A DNA stretch of 64,000 bases from Okamejei kenojei. Taxonomy: Eukaryota. Both the position numbers and the translations under genes were made by a program. The stretch spans positions 186,001 through 250,000 of the forward strand of contig JAVHYY010000112.1 of NCBI GenBank assembly GCA_035221665.1. Direction: 5' to 3'. Each line of letters starts with the position of its first letter. Position 1 is the first letter of the stretch. The notes below the pieces were generated by a model. The model ran no database searches. It was given only the letters and a program-made list of their open reading frames with translations, and was not told the DNA's origin. This document shows positions 1-11,644 of this stretch, piece by piece.

Positions 1-251
1 AACGCAAAGGAGGTTTGAAGATGATTGGGGAACAAAAGCAGTGATGCGATTGGCGGAAATTAAGAAACAATGTTTAATTCGGGGAGTTGGTGCACAAATT
101 ACCTCTGCGCTGAGGGGACGTGTAGACGCTGTTAAGAATATAAGCCAATGAATGGAGAGCCGAGACCACAGCTCTTTTCACAATATCAGATTAAACTTGT
201 TTCCGGTTTGAGACCATTTCAGTTCATATTCACCCTCAATCCAATTACAAA
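1..251 (+). promoter_or_regulatory. Conserved promoter block of plus-strand V family (V1 copy; paralogs at ~1859-2094 and ~3325-3568)
   Basis: About 250 bp alignable upstream of three leader ATGs. Contains a decamer/CRE-like element (AGTGATGCGA 40-49, CGTTATGTCA 1897-1906, AGTGATGTAA 3366-3375), CCAAT (145, 1990, 3464) and a TGACGC half-CRE (1970, 3445). Function is inferred. Confidence 0.55.
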
Positions 252-1128
252 ATGCTGACCGTGACAATTTATTGGCTTCTTACAGCTGCAGCTCTCTTAA
301 CGGGTAAGTTCAGGACGTTTCCAAGCCTGTACATTATATTGCTCTAGGCATGGTATTTGATCAATGAAATATTTAGCAAGCAATAGTATGACTTTAGAAA
401 GGGAATCAGTGAGAAGAACAAAACGAAGAGCAAAAATAAGAATATAGATGCATTACCACACAAAGTGATGTTAGGAAATTGGAGGTGTTAGTTCCTAGGA
501 ATATTGTTAGAAACCAGCGGTGATGAGGAAGCATCGTAGAGTTTGAAAGAAACTCCCATGTGTTTAAGTACGAGCGCTCAGCGACTCCTCTTCCCTCTCG
601 AGATGCAATGATGACGAGCAGATGGCGATGGAAAGGGGCGGATGATTTTTTAAAGATAATTTCATTCGGTTATTCACAGCGCCTTTCCCCCATCGTTATT
701 TAGCTTTTAGGGGAGGGAGATCTTTGTTGCCGTTCTACCTCATATAAGTATAATCAATATGAGTATGAGCTGAATGAGGAGATGTTGTGTTTTCTAACTT
801 CGGCCCCTGGCTCTTGCAGGATATTGTAGAGGCGACGCCGTTTCTCAGACACCAGTAGTGGTTACAGTGAGTGAAGCGGAAGATGCACAGTTGAATTGCA
901 ACTATACAGCTACAAGCACGAGCAATCCTGGACTAATCTGGTACCGTCAGTATCCCGGCGGACCCCTTGAGTTCCTGCTGCTCAAAACGAAATTCGAAGA
1001 CACCCCGAAGAGCAGTGCTGGGGAACGTTTTTCATCGGAATGCTCAACATTTGACAGGAACGGTCCCCGCTGACGGTGCCAACAAACGCGGCTCGAGACT
1101 CGGCAATGTATTACTGCGCTCTGAGGCC
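252..1128 (+). pseudogene. TCR alpha/delta V segment V1 (leader 252-303, V exon 820-1128), frameshifted in FR3
   Basis: Leader MLTVTIYWLLTAAALLT followed by a GTAAGT donor; ttgcag acceptor at 818-819. Exon reads DAVSQTPVVVTVSEAEDAQLNCNY...LIWYRQYPG...ERFS, then several 1-nt indels relative to V2 precede DSAMYYCALR. The indels could be consensus errors. Confidence 0.9.
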
Positions 1129-1167
1129 CACGGAGGCGCATTATTGGGCTGAGCTTGCACAAAAACT
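1129..1167 (+). other. 23-RSS of V1 (CACGGAG-23-ACAAAAACT)
   Basis: Directly follows YYCALR; spacer counted as 23 nt; near-consensus nonamer. Confidence 0.9.
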
Positions 1168-1494
1168 GCCAATGCACCCACTCATGTATCACCGCATAAG
1201 GACAACTTTCTCAGCATCGATTGCGTCCTCGTGGATTGCTGCACCGTTCCCAACGCCGGTATGTTTGCTGTCATTCATACTCGATTTTTTTTAATATAAG
1301 AAATCCCCATGACAGTGGGTTGAAGAATAGCTTCGAACAAGCAAATATTATGTTCCCATGAACACTACACATTACTAACGGATGAAACTATGAATTGTCC
1401 TTGGTTTCATTAAGCACTTCATTGCCTGATTGTTATGCAGCTGGACCAGGTTGTTAATTTATTGAATTATGTTTTATTGCATTATTATACTTCA

Positions 1495-1858
1495 NNNNNN
1501 NNNNNNNNNNNNNNNNNNNNNNNNNNNNNNNNNNNNNNNNNNNNNNNNNNNNNNNNNNNNNNNNNNNNNNNNNNNNNNNNNNNNNNNNNNNNNNNNNNNN
1601 NNNNNNNNNNNNNNNNNNNNNNNNNNNNNNNNNNNNNNNNNNNNNNNNNNNNNNNNNNNNNNNNNNNNNNNNNNNNNNNNNNNNNNNNNNNNNNNNNNNN
1701 NNNNNNNNNNNNNNNNNNNNNNNNNNNNNNNNNNNNNNNNNNNNNNNNNNNNNNNNNNNNNNNNNNNNNNNNNNNNNNNNNNNNNNNNNNNNNNNNNNNN
1801 NNNNNNNNNNNNNNNNNNNNNNNNNNNNNNNNNNNNNNNNNNNNNNNNNNNNNNNNNN
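1495..1858. other. Assembly gap (N run)
   Basis: Run of N. Confidence 1.
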
Positions 1859-2094
1859 CAAAACAAAGGAGGTGTGAGATGCTTGGGCTGCAAAGCCGTT
1901 ATGTCATCGGCCGAGTTAAGAAACTTCGGGGAATTGGGCGAACAAATTAGCTCCGCGGCCGACGGGATGTGACGCTGTCACCGAATAAGCCAATGAATGA
2001 AGAACCTAAACCACAGCTCTATCACAATATCATATTTAACCTGTTTCCTGGTGAGCGCATTTCAGTTCATATTCACTATCCAAGCAATTACAAC

Positions 2095-2959
2095 ATGCTG
2101 GCCTTGAAAATGCAATGGCTTCTTGCAGCTGCAGCTCTCTTAACCGGTATGTTCACGGCGTTTCCAATAACGTAGGGCATGATATTTCCTCAACCAAATA
2201 CCTTGAATGCAACAGAACGACTTTAGAAAGAGAGTCCGTATGGGGACAGTAAACGAAGAGCACATTAGGAAAAAATATGCAGTATCACAGTAATTGATGT
2301 TCTGAAATTTGAGGTGAGTTTCCAGCTTAATTGTTGGAAAGCAGTCCCGACGGAGAAGCATCGTAGAGTTGGAACACACCGGTGGTCCCCGTACGAGTGC
2401 TCTACGATTCCCTTTTTCCTCCCTTGGAAGCAATAACGACGTCCAGGACGATCGAAAGGATTTGATCATCTTTAAAGATCGTTTCATTAGGTAATTCCCG
2501 GCGTCTTTCCGTCCACCTCTATGTAACTAATAGGGGAGGGAGATGTTTGAAGCCACTGTACCTCAGATCAGTATCAGTATAAGGGGTATTCTGAAGTATG
2601 AGAAGACTAAGGTGATGTTGTGTTATTTATCTTCGTCCTCGGACTCTTGCAGGGAATTGTAGAGGCGACGCCGTTTCTCAGACACCAGTAGTGGTTACAG
2701 TGAGTGAAGCGGAAGATGCACAGTTGAATTGCAACTATACAGCTACAAGCACGAACAATCCTGGACTAATCTGGTACCGTCAGTATCCCGGCGGCTCTCT
2801 TGAGTTACTGCTGCTCAGAACAAAATACGAAGCCGTCCAGAAGAACAATGCCGGTGAACGTTTCTCAGCGACGCTCAATCATTCGACAGGATCGGTCCCG
2901 CTGACTGTGTCGCAAACGCTGCTCCGAGACTCGGCCATGTATTACTGCGCTCTGAGCCC
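2095..2959 (+). CDS. TCR alpha/delta V segment V2, apparently functional (leader exon 2095-2146, V exon 2653-2959)
   Basis: Leader MLALKMQWLLAAAALLT-G|GTATGT; ttgcag acceptor. Open exon NCRGDAVSQTPVVVTVSEAEDAQLNCNYTATSTNNPGLIWYRQYPGGSLELLLLRTKYEAVQKNNAGERFSATLNHSTGSVPLTVSQTLLRDSAMYYCALS, with both Ig cysteines, the WYRQ motif and the TRAV/TRDV-type YYCAL end. Confidence 0.93.
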
Positions 2960-2998
2960 CACGGAGGCGCAGAACTGGGTAGCGACAGTACAAAAACT
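2960..2998 (+). other. 23-RSS of V2 (CACGGAG-23-ACAAAAACT)
   Basis: Heptamer 2960-2966, 23-nt spacer, nonamer 2990-2998. Confidence 0.92.
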
Positions 2999-4380
2999 AC
3001 AAGCGCACCCACTCATGTAGCAGCGCGTAAGCAGAACTGTCAGCATCGGCATTCCTCGCTGACTGCTGCATCTGTCCTAACGCCTGTGTGTTTGCTGTCA
3101 TTAATATCCGATTTAAAAATGACAATTGCGTTGAAAAATAGCTTCTCACATTTAAACATCAGGTTCCTGAACATTGCACAGTAGTAACGGATGAACTATG
3201 AACGTTTTTCGGTTGCACGATGCAGTTCATGCCTTTCGCACACATGAATTATGTTGTTAATTCATTGAATTGTATTTATTGTATATTATACTTCAGGCCT
3301 TGCCCCTCCTGTGACGCCATGGAACAGAAAACAAAGGAGGTTTGAGATGATTGGGCAATAAAAGCAGTGATGTAATTGGCGGATTTAAGAAACACAGTTA
3401 ATTCGGGGAGTTGGAGAACAAATCAGCTCCGCGCCGACGGGATGTGACGCTATCAAGAATAAGCCAATGAATGAAGATCCTAGACCACTTCTCTTTCACG
3501 ATATCAGATTAAACCTATTTCCGGATGAGACCATTTCAGTTCGTATTCACTCTCAATGCAATTACAGCATGCTGACTTTGACTATTTATGCGCTTCTTGC
3601 AGCTGCAGCTCTCTTAACCGGTAAGTTCAGGATGTTTCCAAGCCTGTATATTAAATTACTGTAGGGCATGGTATTTCATCAATCAAATGCCTTGCATGCA
3701 ATCGAATTACTTTAGAAAGTGAGTCAGTGAGGGAACAATTAACGAAGAGTACAATAAGAATATAGGTGCAGTTCCGACCAAAGTGCTGTAAGGATTTTGA
3801 GATGAGTTTCCAGGTATATTAGACCACGCCCGTGTTCTAAGGTCGTGAGCTCACAATTCCTCCCCTCCTCCCGAGATGCGATGATGACGAGCAGGTGGCG
3901 ATGGAAAGGATGATTTTTAAATATAACTTTACTTCGGAGTCACGTGAGTGACTACGTGAAGAAGCCCCGCCTGGCGCTGGAACGGCATGACGTCGACGCT
4001 GACGGCAGAGCATGAGCTGCAGAGGCAGCTCCTCGACAGCGGTAGGTACCGGCCCGCAGGTAAGTGCAGTGGAAAAAAACACTTTCAGGTTCTAAAAAAA
4101 CTCCGTGGCTGGTATTGAACACCAGGATTTAAAACTAATTTAAAAGTAAAAAATAAGTAAAAGTTAAAATAAAAGGAAATACTTTATATGAAAAACAACG
4201 GAGTTTTAAAAGAACGTCCTAAGGGGAGCGATCGGAACGGGAGATTACGGAGCCGGTTCCGATACGGTGGCCGTCAAAATTACGTTAGGAAGACTTTTTA
4301 GTCGCTCCACTAATTTTTGGCAGGGGGGGGGGGGGGATTTTATAAAGTCAGAAAGGCCATAATTTAAAAAGTTCAATAAA

Positions 4381-4743
4381 GGGGTTGGACAGGCTAGATG
4401 CAGGAAGATTGTTCCCGATGTTGGGGAAGTCCAGGACAAGGGGTCACAGCTTAAGGATAAGGGGGAAATCCTTTAAGACCGAGATGAGAAAGACTTTTTT
4501 CATACAGAGAGTGGTGAGTCTCTGGAACTCTCTGCCACAGAGGGTAGTTGAGGCCAGTTCATTGGCTATATTTAAGAGTGAGTTGGATGTGGCCCTTGTG
4601 GCTAAGGGGATCAGAGGGTATGGAGAGAAGGCAGGTACGGGATACTGAGTTGGATGATCAGCCATGATCATATTGAATGGCGGTGCAGGCTCGAAGGGCT
4701 GAATGGCCTACTCCTGCACCTAATTTCTATGTTTCTATGTTTC
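4381..4743 (+). mobile_element. CR1 LINE 3' fragment nested in DIRS
   Basis: DRLDAGRLFPM...WNSLPQ C-terminus, 3' UTR and (CTATGTTT)n tail; near-identical to 8298-8665 and 63400-63780. Confidence 0.92.
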
Positions 4744-5061
4744 TAAAAGGCCTTCAGACTAAAAAAGCTTTATGGCTTGAAAAAATAATGGAAAAAAGAT
4801 TCCAAAATATAAAAATAAAATAAATAAAGAATTCAAGCCAAAAAGGGTTAAAAGGTCCAAAAACATTCCCTAACCTACCCTAAGGGGGTTTCATATATTA
4901 ATATATATGATGAAATATTGTGGGAATATCTACCTCAGACATGTTTGAAGGTAGTCTCCTTGAGGGAAAAACTCATAACAAGGGCAGTAAAAATAAAATG
5001 GAAAACTGACCCTAAAATGCACTGATAGTGGTGGCTGGTCATGAAGTACCCACCACAGCAC

Positions 5062-5430
5062 TATATATATATCTATCTATCTATCTATATATATATATCT
5101 ATATCTATCTATATATATATATATATATACAGGTGTAGGTACAACACCTGAATAAGAAGTGAGACCATGGAAAATAACCATGGAAACCAAAATTAGTTTG
5201 TCTCTCACTAAAGCTGTTATGATTAAAACAGCAGAATAATAATAAAACTTTTATGTTTTATTTAAGTACACTTGATTACAAAATATATATAGAGGTGTAC
5301 TAGCTACGATACCTGAATGAATGAGTGAGGCCATGAAAAGTAAATTTGGAAAAAAAACAAAATTAATTGGTCTCACCAAAGCTGTTATGGTGAAACAGCA
5401 GAATATGATGAAACTTTTAAGTTTATAAAG
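5062..5430. repeat. (TA/TATC)n microsatellite followed by a diverged ~160-bp tandem duplication inside DIRS
   Basis: TA/TCTA run 5062-5129; the aggtgta...cacctgaat...aaagctgttatg...aacagcagaata block occurs twice (~5131 and ~5293). Confidence 0.7.
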
Positions 5431-7521
5431 AAACGGTGAATCCGTTTATGATATCCATGTCTCAATTATATGAGATATAAGGAAATACGATTTTAAGTAT
5501 TTCAAACTGGTGCATGGCATTTCCATTCAATGGAAAAACAAATAAAATGTTGTGCAAATAACTAATATATTTGAAGTAAAATAATTGCCATCAGTTTGTG
5601 AGCTTAATGGGAAGAAATATATAATATTTGGGACCAAATCTGCACTCTAGATTTGCAGATCAATACAAATCAGGTTATGTTAAACTCCTGATTATTATGG
5701 AATAAAACCTGCCTTATGATTATTCAAAATATTGATTACAAAAGAACAGACTATTGGTCTTTAAACTTTGGGGGGAAAAATTATGATCCAATGTAAAGAT
5801 TTGATAATGGATCAGAACAAAGGCAGAAGTATGATACATAAACATAATCAAACATAGCCTTATCCAAACCCATATAATTGGGAAAAGAAGGCTTGAAGTA
5901 CGTTGAAGAGGTGCAAACAACTGTCATAAAATAAATTCATGAAATCTCCGATTGTGGGGGATTACAGGTGTATTATAATCATTAATTTAATAAAACTAAG
6001 GACTACAAAAAATTGTAGAAAGGATTGGTTCACCTGTATAAGATAACCTAAACATTTGATTTTAGGTTTGCACCCAAAAGTAACTCCAATAAAAAAGGGG
6101 TACGTACATATATCTATTATAAAATTACCTCAGTGTAAAGATGTGATGGTATAAACCATACAAAACATCATTTTATATACACTTTCACAGTGTAAGAACA
6201 TTTTATTAAAATGGAAACATTTTCAACATTGAAATACAGTTGTTATTAATAAAGTGTTAATCAAATATTACAGGCGCTTGAAATTAATTAAAATGGGTCA
6301 AGCGGTGCAAGTTAAAACATTGTCTAAAGGATTAAAACCTGTTCAAGGCTGTTAAACAGAATACTGGAAGAACAATTGTACTGATAAAAGATCAACACTT
6401 GCACTAATGAGGACATGGTCATGGATTATCTTGATCACATTTAAATTGGAACGTTATAAAGAGTCAGCTGCAAATTAGTGCTGCAATTACAAGCCTGTTG
6501 AAAGGCAAGGACCTGACCCATCACATAAAGCCTATGTTTTAGGCATGCATAAATATTCATAAATTACTATTCTGGATTTAGGAGAAATTCAGCACCATAA
6601 GAGATGGAAAATTGTTCCATGATACAAATATGTCTCATTGCTTTGTTGACATACTTTGTCCCTCCATTAGAAAATGAGCCTAGGCAAAGAGTAAATAAAG
6701 CTCCAAAAGAAGGAATACAGAAGCTTATAAGAATATGTATGCCTTTGTGAGAGGCTTATGCAAATACCAAATGATACATTATCATTATTAAAGTAATGGA
6801 TAAAAAAAGGGGTTCACAAGCTGCTTCAAACTATAAGCTTAGCAGCTGTTGCAAGCTGAAGCAAGTATTGACAGATGATGGACAGCTTCTGTGAAATATT
6901 TGGGTAAGATAAGAATATTATCTATTCTTATAAAAATAATTGATACGTCTCTTGTTGGGACTATGGAAAATAATACCTGGTAATTGCAAATGGATTGTCC
7001 TAAGAAATTTCTCCAAACATTTTTATTAATTATTGAAGTATAAGGAGTTATGGATTAAATATTGATTGTTATGTTATGGAAGTGTTATATCAAGGTGAAC
7101 AATAGCACGGCTGTGGCATATATTAAATCACATAAGATAAGTAAAATAATAATCATGGGGTTATCTGAGTAAACAGATGTGGCATATTCTAAAATGTTTT
7201 AGTCCAGCTGTTTATCTCTAAGAAAGAGACAATGTTATCGGAGACAACAAATTAGGGGGGGGGGGGGGAATACATTGTCATTAATATGGATTACTTACGA
7301 TTAATCTGGTCGTATACAGATTAAATCACCGATCTTTCAAATGTTCTCGTGGGTAAACCAAGAATAGGAAAGGTGGATGCTTTTCTCTCAATTACATGAG
7401 GAAAAATGTTCTTTTATGTTCCTCTTTTTTGTCTGATGGGGCAGTGTCTGATGAAAATGTAGCAGGGCACTGCCAGAGGCATTTTGGTGGCCCCAAACGG
7501 ATCCTTCATGGTTTTCATAAA

Positions 7522-8665
7522 GCATACGGTATTAGGGGTTCAGTATTGATGTGGATAGAGAACTGGCTGGCAAACAGGAAGCAAAGAGTAGGAGTAAACG
7601 GGTCCTTTTCACAATGGCAGGCAGTAACTAGTGGGGTACCGCAGGGCTCAGTGCTGGGACCCCAGCTATTTACAATATATATTAATGATCTGGATGAGGG
7701 AATTGAAGGCAATATCTCCAAGTTTGCGGATGACACTAAGCTGGGGGGCAGTGTTCGCTGTGAGGAGGATGCTAGGAGACTGCAAGGTGACTTGGATAGG
7801 CTGGGTGAGTGGGCAAATGTTTGGCAGATGCAGTATAATGTGGATAAATGTGAGGTTATCCACTTTGGTGGCAAAAAACAGGAAAGCAGACTATTATTTA
7901 AATGGTGGCCGATTAGGAAAAGGGGAGATGCAGCGAGACCTGGGTGTCATGGTACACCAGTCATTGAAAGTAGGCATGCAGGTGCAGCAGGCAGTGGAAA
8001 AAAGCGAATGGTATGTTAGCTTTCATAGCAAAAGGATTTGAGTACAGAAGCAGGGAGGTTCTACTTCAGTTGTACAGGGTCTTGGTGAGACCACACCTGG
8101 AGTATTGCGTGCAGTTTTGGTCTCCAAATCTGAGGAAGGACATTATTGCCATAGAGGGGAGTGCAGAGAAGGTTCACCAGACTGATTCCTGGGATGTCAG
8201 GACTGTCTTATGAAGAAAGACTGGATAGACTCGGTTTATACTCTCTGGAATTTAGGAGATTAAGAGGGGATCTTATAGAAACTTACAAAATTCTTAAGGG
8301 GTTGGACAGGCTAGATGCAGGAAGATTGTTCCCGATGTTGGGGAAGTCCAGGACAAGGGGTCACAGCTTAAGGATAAGGGGGAAATCCTTTAAGACCGAG
8401 ATGAGAAAGACTTTCTTCACACAGAGAGTGGTGAGTCTCTGGAACTCTCTGCCACAGAGGGTAGTTTGAGGCCAGTTCATTGGCTATATTTAAGAGTGAG
8501 TTGGATGTGGCCCTTGTGGCTAAGGGGATCAGAGGGTATGGAGAGAAGGCAGGTACGGGATACTGAGTTGGATGATCAGCCATGATCATATTGAATGGCG
8601 GTGCAGGCTCGAAGGGCTGAATGGCCTACTCCTGCACCTAATTTCTATGTTTCTATGTTTCTATG
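7522..8665 (+). mobile_element. 5'-truncated CR1 LINE (RT to 3' tail) nested in DIRS
   Basis: SGVPQGSVLGP and FADD RT motifs, (CTATGTTT)3 tail, candidate TSD TTTCATAAA at 7513-7521 and 8666-8674. Confidence 0.93.
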
Positions 8666-8990
8666 TTTCATAAATATTGAGTGATGTTGAACCACTTGTG
8701 ATGATTCATAGTTGCAGTAATTTATTGTTGTACATTCATATTTCCATGACATGAAAATATGAATTGACTATCTGCAGGTTGACCAGACCATTACAACAGT
8801 TTGATGGTCAAATAAGTCTATGAATGCTTAACTAATATAACAACATAACAATAAAATAATTATGTATAAATAAGTGTTATACCTGCAATTTGCGGAAATA
8901 AGTTTAAAAAACAATATATTTATAAGAAATTGGAAGTCTGTGTATACAGTAAAGTTATTTGTCATATTAGATATATGTGAGTTCCTTGTG

Positions 8991-9157
8991 NNNNNNNNNN
9001 NNNNNNNNNNNNNNNNNNNNNNNNNNNNNNNNNNNNNNNNNNNNNNNNNNNNNNNNNNNNNNNNNNNNNNNNNNNNNNNNNNNNNNNNNNNNNNNNNNNN
9101 NNNNNNNNNNNNNNNNNNNNNNNNNNNNNNNNNNNNNNNNNNNNNNNNNNNNNNNNN
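8991..9157. other. Assembly gap (N run)
   Basis: Run of N. Confidence 1.
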
Positions 9158-10771
9158 ATAAGTCTGGAGATCAATATAGTCCTGAATTGCCTTAGGCAAT
9201 GGACTCCATGTCTATCAATGATTCAAAAAAGTTAACATTGAAAGTAATAATGCTGATGACTTTAGTATCAATATAAGAGTGCAAACATTGCAAATATTAC
9301 GTTATAATTGTATATGGATACAGATTACGTTATCATATTATGTTTATGAATTTACCAAACAAAGCAGACCAAGAAGATGCTGAAACAAGGTAAACCTATA
9401 AGCATATCCTGTCGGCCTTAAATTGTGTGTGTGTGTGAACATTGATGAAATATGTTGAAGTAAGTAAGAGTCTCTGTGGTGATGAGACAGCACTACTTAT
9501 TACACACAAAAAACACATTAGGTTTCAGTAAAAACTGATGGTTCTAGAGAAATGTATTCTAGATGGTTAAAAATTGACTCTCAGTGGAACTAGACACTGA
9601 AATGTGGAAAATCACTCTGTTAAGGAGATAGATACATTCACAGGAATGGCACAAGATGAGCCGCTCGAGCACAGATGCAAGGCCACAGGAGGGTGTAAAA
9701 TAAATATTAAATTAAATGGAACCAATCATGGTGTCAGGATTGGACACGGAGTGTTGGGTTCTCTATAATTGTTGCTTTGTTCATACCATCAAATTATGCA
9801 TATCAATTGATATTTTGTGATAAACTTGCCTTTCAAATGGAAAGGGCATTACTTTTATTCTTTTATAATGTGAAATAATGTATCACATAACTTGAGGCAA
9901 TGTTTGGAGGAAAAAATGTGTTATTTTGCTCATTACTGTGTTGAATGAGCCAGAGTGTCGTATGGAATGAGTCTACGACATAAACAACACAGAAAGCTTC
10001 AAAATCTTCACGTAGTCACTCACGTGACTCCGAAGTAAAATAGTAAGATTAAACGAGAACTTACCAGTTCGAAGTTTGATCATTATTTTATGAGGAGTAA
10101 CGATGAGGGATTACGTGCCCTTCACTCCCGACCCTCATAAAATAAATGATCATCTGTTAGTTCTAAATCTATGTTGAGCCTTACTATCTTACTCCGACTA
10201 TTATGTTCTGTGTTTTTCATGCCGCTGCTTTGAAGTATGCCGTTCCAGCGCCAGGCGGGGCTTCTTCACGTAATCCGTCATCGTTACTCCTCATAAAATA
10301 ACGATCAAACTTCGAACTGGTAAGTTCTCGTTTAATCTTACTATTTCATTCCGTAACTCACAGCGCGTTTTCTCCCACCATCATTTCGCTTTTAGTGCAG
10401 GGAGACCTTTGTTGCCGTTCTATCTCAGATCAGTATCAGGATAAGGTGAGCGTGAGCAGAATGAGGTGATGTTGTTTTTTAACTTCGTTCCCGGACTCTT
10501 GCAGGGCATTGTCGAGGCGACACCGTTTCCCAAACACCAGTAGTGGTAACAATGAGCGAAGTGGATGATGCCCAGTTGAACTGCAACTATACAGCTACAA
10601 GCACGAACAATCTTGTACTAATGTGGTACCGACAGTATCCCGGCGGATCCCTCGAGTTTCTGCTGTTCAGAACGAACTTCGAAGCCGCCCAGAAGAACAG
10701 TGCTGGAGAGCGTTTTTTCTGCGGAGCTCAACCATGGGAGAGGAACAGCCCCGCTGACTGTGTCGCACACA

Positions 10772-10925
10772 ACAATCAACCAACAAACCTGCACGCCTTT
10801 GGAATTTGGGAAGAAACCGCAACTTTCGGAGAAAACCCACAAGGCCACAAGGGAAACGTACAAACTACAGATAGGCAACACCGGTAGTAAGGATCGAAAC
10901 CCGGACTCTGGGGCTGTGGGAAATG
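10772..10925 (-). mobile_element. Partial V-SINE fused to truncated V3
   Basis: ggaagaaaccg...ggagaaaacccac...acagat matches the SINE copy at 52855-53125. Confidence 0.7.
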
Positions 10926-11614
10926 GAAGGAAAGGCAATAACTCCCACCGATTTTACTGTTTGGGATAAATACTGCGCAACAATGACCGATCCACCGATG
11001 TCTTTTGTTGTACTTAGCACTTTGTCTTTTTGGACTACTATCGGGGTTATTGATTTATTGATTGTTGTGTGCCTTCTCCCACAGGCCTCTAATGCTGCTG
11101 CAAGTAACAATGCCTTTCATCCATTGTTGTTTAAACAGGCTTCACGGTCACCCTTGTGTCTCGATCCAAAGGTCTTCAGCGGGTATTTTCAGAATCTGCT
11201 CCCCTGCCCACTCGACCTTCAATGGAAAGCATAATTTACACATATTGAATAATAGCATGAACATCCTTTTATATTTATTCCTTCAAGCATATGATTGAGC
11301 GTGGACATCTTGTCGTCATTCGCAATTGATAATTCAATGAAATGCACATAAAACGTTCACGTTTAATTTGACATATAACTTCAGAACGTTGAGCAAATCT
11401 CAAAATGTTGGAGTAACTCATAGCGTCAGGCACCCTGGGCATGGGAAAGTGATGTTTCGGGTCGGGACAATTCTTCAGGGTCGGGTAGACCAAGTCGTCC
11501 AGGAATGGTGCCTGAACCGCTGTTATTTCAGCATTTGATGATTGGCTCAGGATTCCGGTATGTACAGTTCCTTGTTTCTTATCTTGTTTTCACGTCCTCC
11601 TCGTCCGCGGTATA

Positions 11615-11644
11615 GCGCCCTCCTGTGGATTATTTGGTAGCGCA
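11615..11644 (-). promoter_or_regulatory. Candidate CTCF site (core CCACAGGAGGGCGC plus upstream TGCGCTACC motif)
   Basis: Minus strand reads TGCGCTACC-N7-CCACAGGAGGGCGC; paralogous cores at 28257-28270 and 54132-54145. Motif match only. Confidence 0.5.

Larger units (their letters stand above)
3928..10343 (+). mobile_element. DIRS1-type tyrosine-recombinase retrotransposon (degenerate), inserted in the V3 intron
   Basis: Starts TTTACTTCGGAGTCACGTGAGTGACTACGTGAAGAA. The internal complementary region (~10005-10117) pairs with both termini, and the right inverted repeat (~10238-10273) pairs with ~3954-3990. Same termini as the element at 22677-27618. Empty paralogous site at ~50590. Confidence 0.85.
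3569..10770 (+). pseudogene. TCR V segment V3: leader 3569-3620, intron expanded by a DIRS insertion, 3'-truncated V exon 10505-~10770
   Basis: Leader MLTLTIYALLAAAALLT-G|GTAAGT. Exon reads HCRGDTVSQTPVVVTMSEVDDAQLNC...MWYRQYPGG..., has a +1 frameshift near 10715, then joins SINE sequence. YYC and RSS are absent. Confidence 0.88.

Noticed and set aside
1435-1972. Long ORFs spanning N runs (also 8828-9199 and 49120-49573)
   Set aside because: Artefacts of translating assembly gaps.
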